From: Rhizophagus irregularis
Taxonomy: Eukaryota
Direction of reading: 5' to 3'
DNA: 64,000 nt
Assembly (NCBI RefSeq): GCF_026210795.1
Contig: NC_089435.1
Location: forward strand, 5,208,001 to 5,272,000
The notes beneath the pieces are model-generated. The model saw only the letters and a list, made by a program, of their open reading frames with translations, ran no database searches and was not told the DNA's origin. The number at the start of each line of letters is the position of its first letter. Position 1 is the stretch's first letter. The position numbers and the translations under genes are program-made. Positions 61,601 through 64,000 of this stretch are shown here, piece after piece.

Positions 61601-64000
61601 TTCCGTCCGTCCAAGAAGCCAAGAAGCCGCCCAAAGAAGCCGAACCTAAAAAGAAAAAGAAACGAAACGTTAATAAACGTTTCGTTAGTCGAAAAAACAA
61701 AAAAATAATTATTTCGAAGTATACTCGAAGTATACCTTCGAAATATCGAGTTCCGTCTCCAAGGAGCTGCCCAGCCGAACCTAAAAAAGCAAAAAAAACG
61801 AAGCGTTAATAAACGTTTCGCTAGTCGAAAAAATAAAAAAATAAATTATTTCGAAGAAGTATACCTTCGAAATGTCGAATTCCGAACCTATACCTTCGGC
61901 GTTCTGGACCTAAAAAATAAAAAAAGAATATTAGTGCTAACGTTCATTAAAACAAATAAAAAAAAATTTTTTGCTTACTCCGGAAGACTGGAACTAATTT
62001 AGATACCGGTATATGTCTTCGGCTTCCTTAAAGTCTCCAAGAGTCCGGCGTTTCCTTCAAAAGAAAAGAAGTCCGGAGACTACTAAAGTGAAACTTTTTA
62101 ATCCGTTTCTGCATGTTGCAGATTATATTCCGAACGTTGGACGAGCTTGCCAGAAGTTAGAAATTTGATTTCGAGTTAAATATTTGGTTCTTCAAAAGGT
62201 GTGATAAAAATTTATTTATTTAAAGTATTGTAAGAAAAAAGTTAAAAAAAAATTAACTTTAAAGTGTAAAAAAAAAAAGTTTATCAATTAAAAAAAAGAT
62301 CAAAGATTTTTGTGGGAATAGAAATAATTACATGCCGTAAATTATTCCAATGACCTATCAGACTACTGATAGGTATAATAAAATTTTCTGATATTTTAAT
62401 GATATGTCTTTAAAAAATCAGATTTTTTTCATAAAATATTATTAAACATTTCGGATTACCGATACTTGTAAATGTTTAATATTGCCTATCATGCCATATC
62501 GGGTTTCTGATTATTTCCTGATATTTGACCAATACGTTATTACCCGATATTTCATCATTTGACCAGTGATTCTTTTTTTGATCAATTCCATAAAATCCAA
62601 GTTCAGTTTTTGAATTGGATTTCCAATACAAAATTAATTTGCACATGGATTCTAGTTTATCCACATTAAGATTTAAGCGACGTTTATGAAATAGCCATCC
62701 TAAAGTCGAAAATCCACGTTCGCAAGTTGCTGAGTTAGGACATATTGCAAATAGATAACTTGCAATTCTTGGCAGGACATCTGGTTCTGGTTCGGTATTA
62801 ATATATTTCCACCAATTCACGGGATTATCTTTAGCAAAACCGATATCTAGGTCAAATGGCTCTTGCTCATTAATATATTTCTGTATTTGATCACATAAAG
62901 TTTCAGCTTCGTAACGGTCGAAACCTAAATTTTTCCCGATTGAAGCTGCACATTTGATAATTCTCATGAGGGCGCATTTTTTAAGTGGCGCGTTTCTAAA
63001 TCTGGGATCCATAAAAAAACAAGTAATATACTTATCATCATCGAATTCATCAAATCTTTCATTTATTACTTTGATACAATGACTTCGGAATGCAGGATTT
63101 AATGATTTGGGTAACTTTTTTAATGTAGCTGCAAGTCTTGCCAAGCTCAGGAAACAATCTGCAAGTGTAGCTCTTCTCGATTCTAATGAAAGTACCGCTT
63201 TTCTTAGAGGATCCAGAACAAACCCAAGAACTCGTAAATTTGAAAAAAAATTTCTCGATTGAATAATCGGTTTTATTTTATCATTTGTTAGCACTTTATC
63301 GTGATCGCTGGCCATTTCTTCTAGTGCTGATTCCAAATTTATTACTGAATTTACGGATTCACTAGCAGTAGTCCAGCGTGTCTTGCAATATAATTTTAAT
63401 CCTCCTCCACTAATTCCTTTTTCTTTAATTATTTGAGCAAGTTTTGCATTAGCCTGATGAGAACTTCTAAAAAAGGTTGTCAAAATATTAACACGTTTTA
63501 ATAAACGTTCCCCAAACTTCTCCTTGACGATGTCGCATGCAATTAAATTGATAGAATGTGCAACGCATCGCACATTCTCAATCTTTGGATGATTCTCATG
63601 TATAATTTTTCGTGCATTACGAACATTGGCCGCATTATCGGAAACTACAGCACATATTCGATCTTCTCCAATACCTTCTATAACCTTTTCAATTACCGTA
63701 ACTAGATATTCTGCAGTGTGCGAATTTTCAGACAAATCAGAAAGTTGATAAAGATATTCTTTACGCGACGGAGTCATTACAATGAAGTTCCAAATTGAAC
63801 GATGTGTACCAGACGTCCAACCATCAAAGGCTAAATTATAAATTAATATTATATAGTAAGTAAGATTAAATAAAAATGACGTATGATAGCCTATTTAATT
63901 TAACAAACCTAACGTTAAATTCGTTTCCTTTTCAAGCTCAGAATTAACTTTGAAGTTCACTTGAGCTAATTCACGTTCAAGTAGTTGATTTACTAATACT
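58663..64000 (-). CDS. hAT transposase (DUF659-type), interrupted near its C-terminus by a CACTG element
   Basis: LAFDGWT across intron 63831-63908, VVSDNAANV, RCVAHSINL, CKTRW, CPNSATCERGFS. Removing 59059-62568 and one TSD copy joins DQKKN-TRLSDDE in frame to the acidic tail ORF 58663-59061. Confidence 0.9.
59059..62568. mobile_element. 3.5-kb non-autonomous CACTG element (CACTA/CMC-like)
   Basis: TIR cactggtcgaatga / tcatttgaccagtg; 3-bp TSD att; no ORF of note; carries array C. Confidence 0.93.
59660..61980 (-). repeat. Array C: about 19 hairpin-intron/variable micro-exon units
   Basis: Example intron 60916-61007 (92 nt): GTGAGTTTCGCG...ACGAAACTT...GAGAAACGTTATATTAACGTTTCTCTCTTTTTTTGTAG. 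Exons checked are 24-49 nt, GC-richer and variable. Confidence 0.85.

Larger units (their letters stand above)
56993..64000 (-). mobile_element. Large hAT transposon (TAAGGTTGC TIR), runs off the window end
   Basis: Terminus taaggttgcttgccgaaac at 56993 matches the MITEs at 25259 and 4739. The Myb/SANT-like gene and the transposase follow it; that they share one element is inferred. Confidence 0.75.

Noticed and set aside
59660..61980. CRISPR array (repeat plus variable spacer appearance)
   Set aside because: Eukaryotic context, no cas genes, repeats of 70-100 nt that are heterogeneous, and spacers partly related to each other; splice-signal grammar explains it better.

Overview
Very AT-rich eukaryotic genomic DNA with short GT-AG introns. 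It most resembles an arbuscular mycorrhizal fungus (Glomeromycota, Rhizophagus-like); this is inferred from composition and gene families, not from a database search. Only one clear host gene is present: a multi-exon HBS1-family translational GTPase (40764-45060, minus). It carries a frame-symmetric 1095-nt exon with Ski7-like motifs. The rest is nested mobile DNA: a DUF6589-like DDE transposase pseudogene, a tandemly triplicated ~3-kb unit, a Crypton-type tyrosine recombinase with intact catalytic residues flanked by inverted repeats, two hAT transposases, a MULE transposase, a non-LTR remnant, and more than 20 non-autonomous elements, most with readable TIRs and TSDs. Two patterns are not explained by ordinary annotation. 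(1) Several apparently non-coding 'satellites' are tandem arrays of spliceosomal-intron-like units separated by ~25-50-nt micro-exons; in three of them the donor and branch point sit inside hairpins. (2) A lox/dif-like ~33-bp imperfect palindrome occurs about 18 times inside MITEs with four unrelated terminus types. Coordinates were read by eye and may be off by a few bases.
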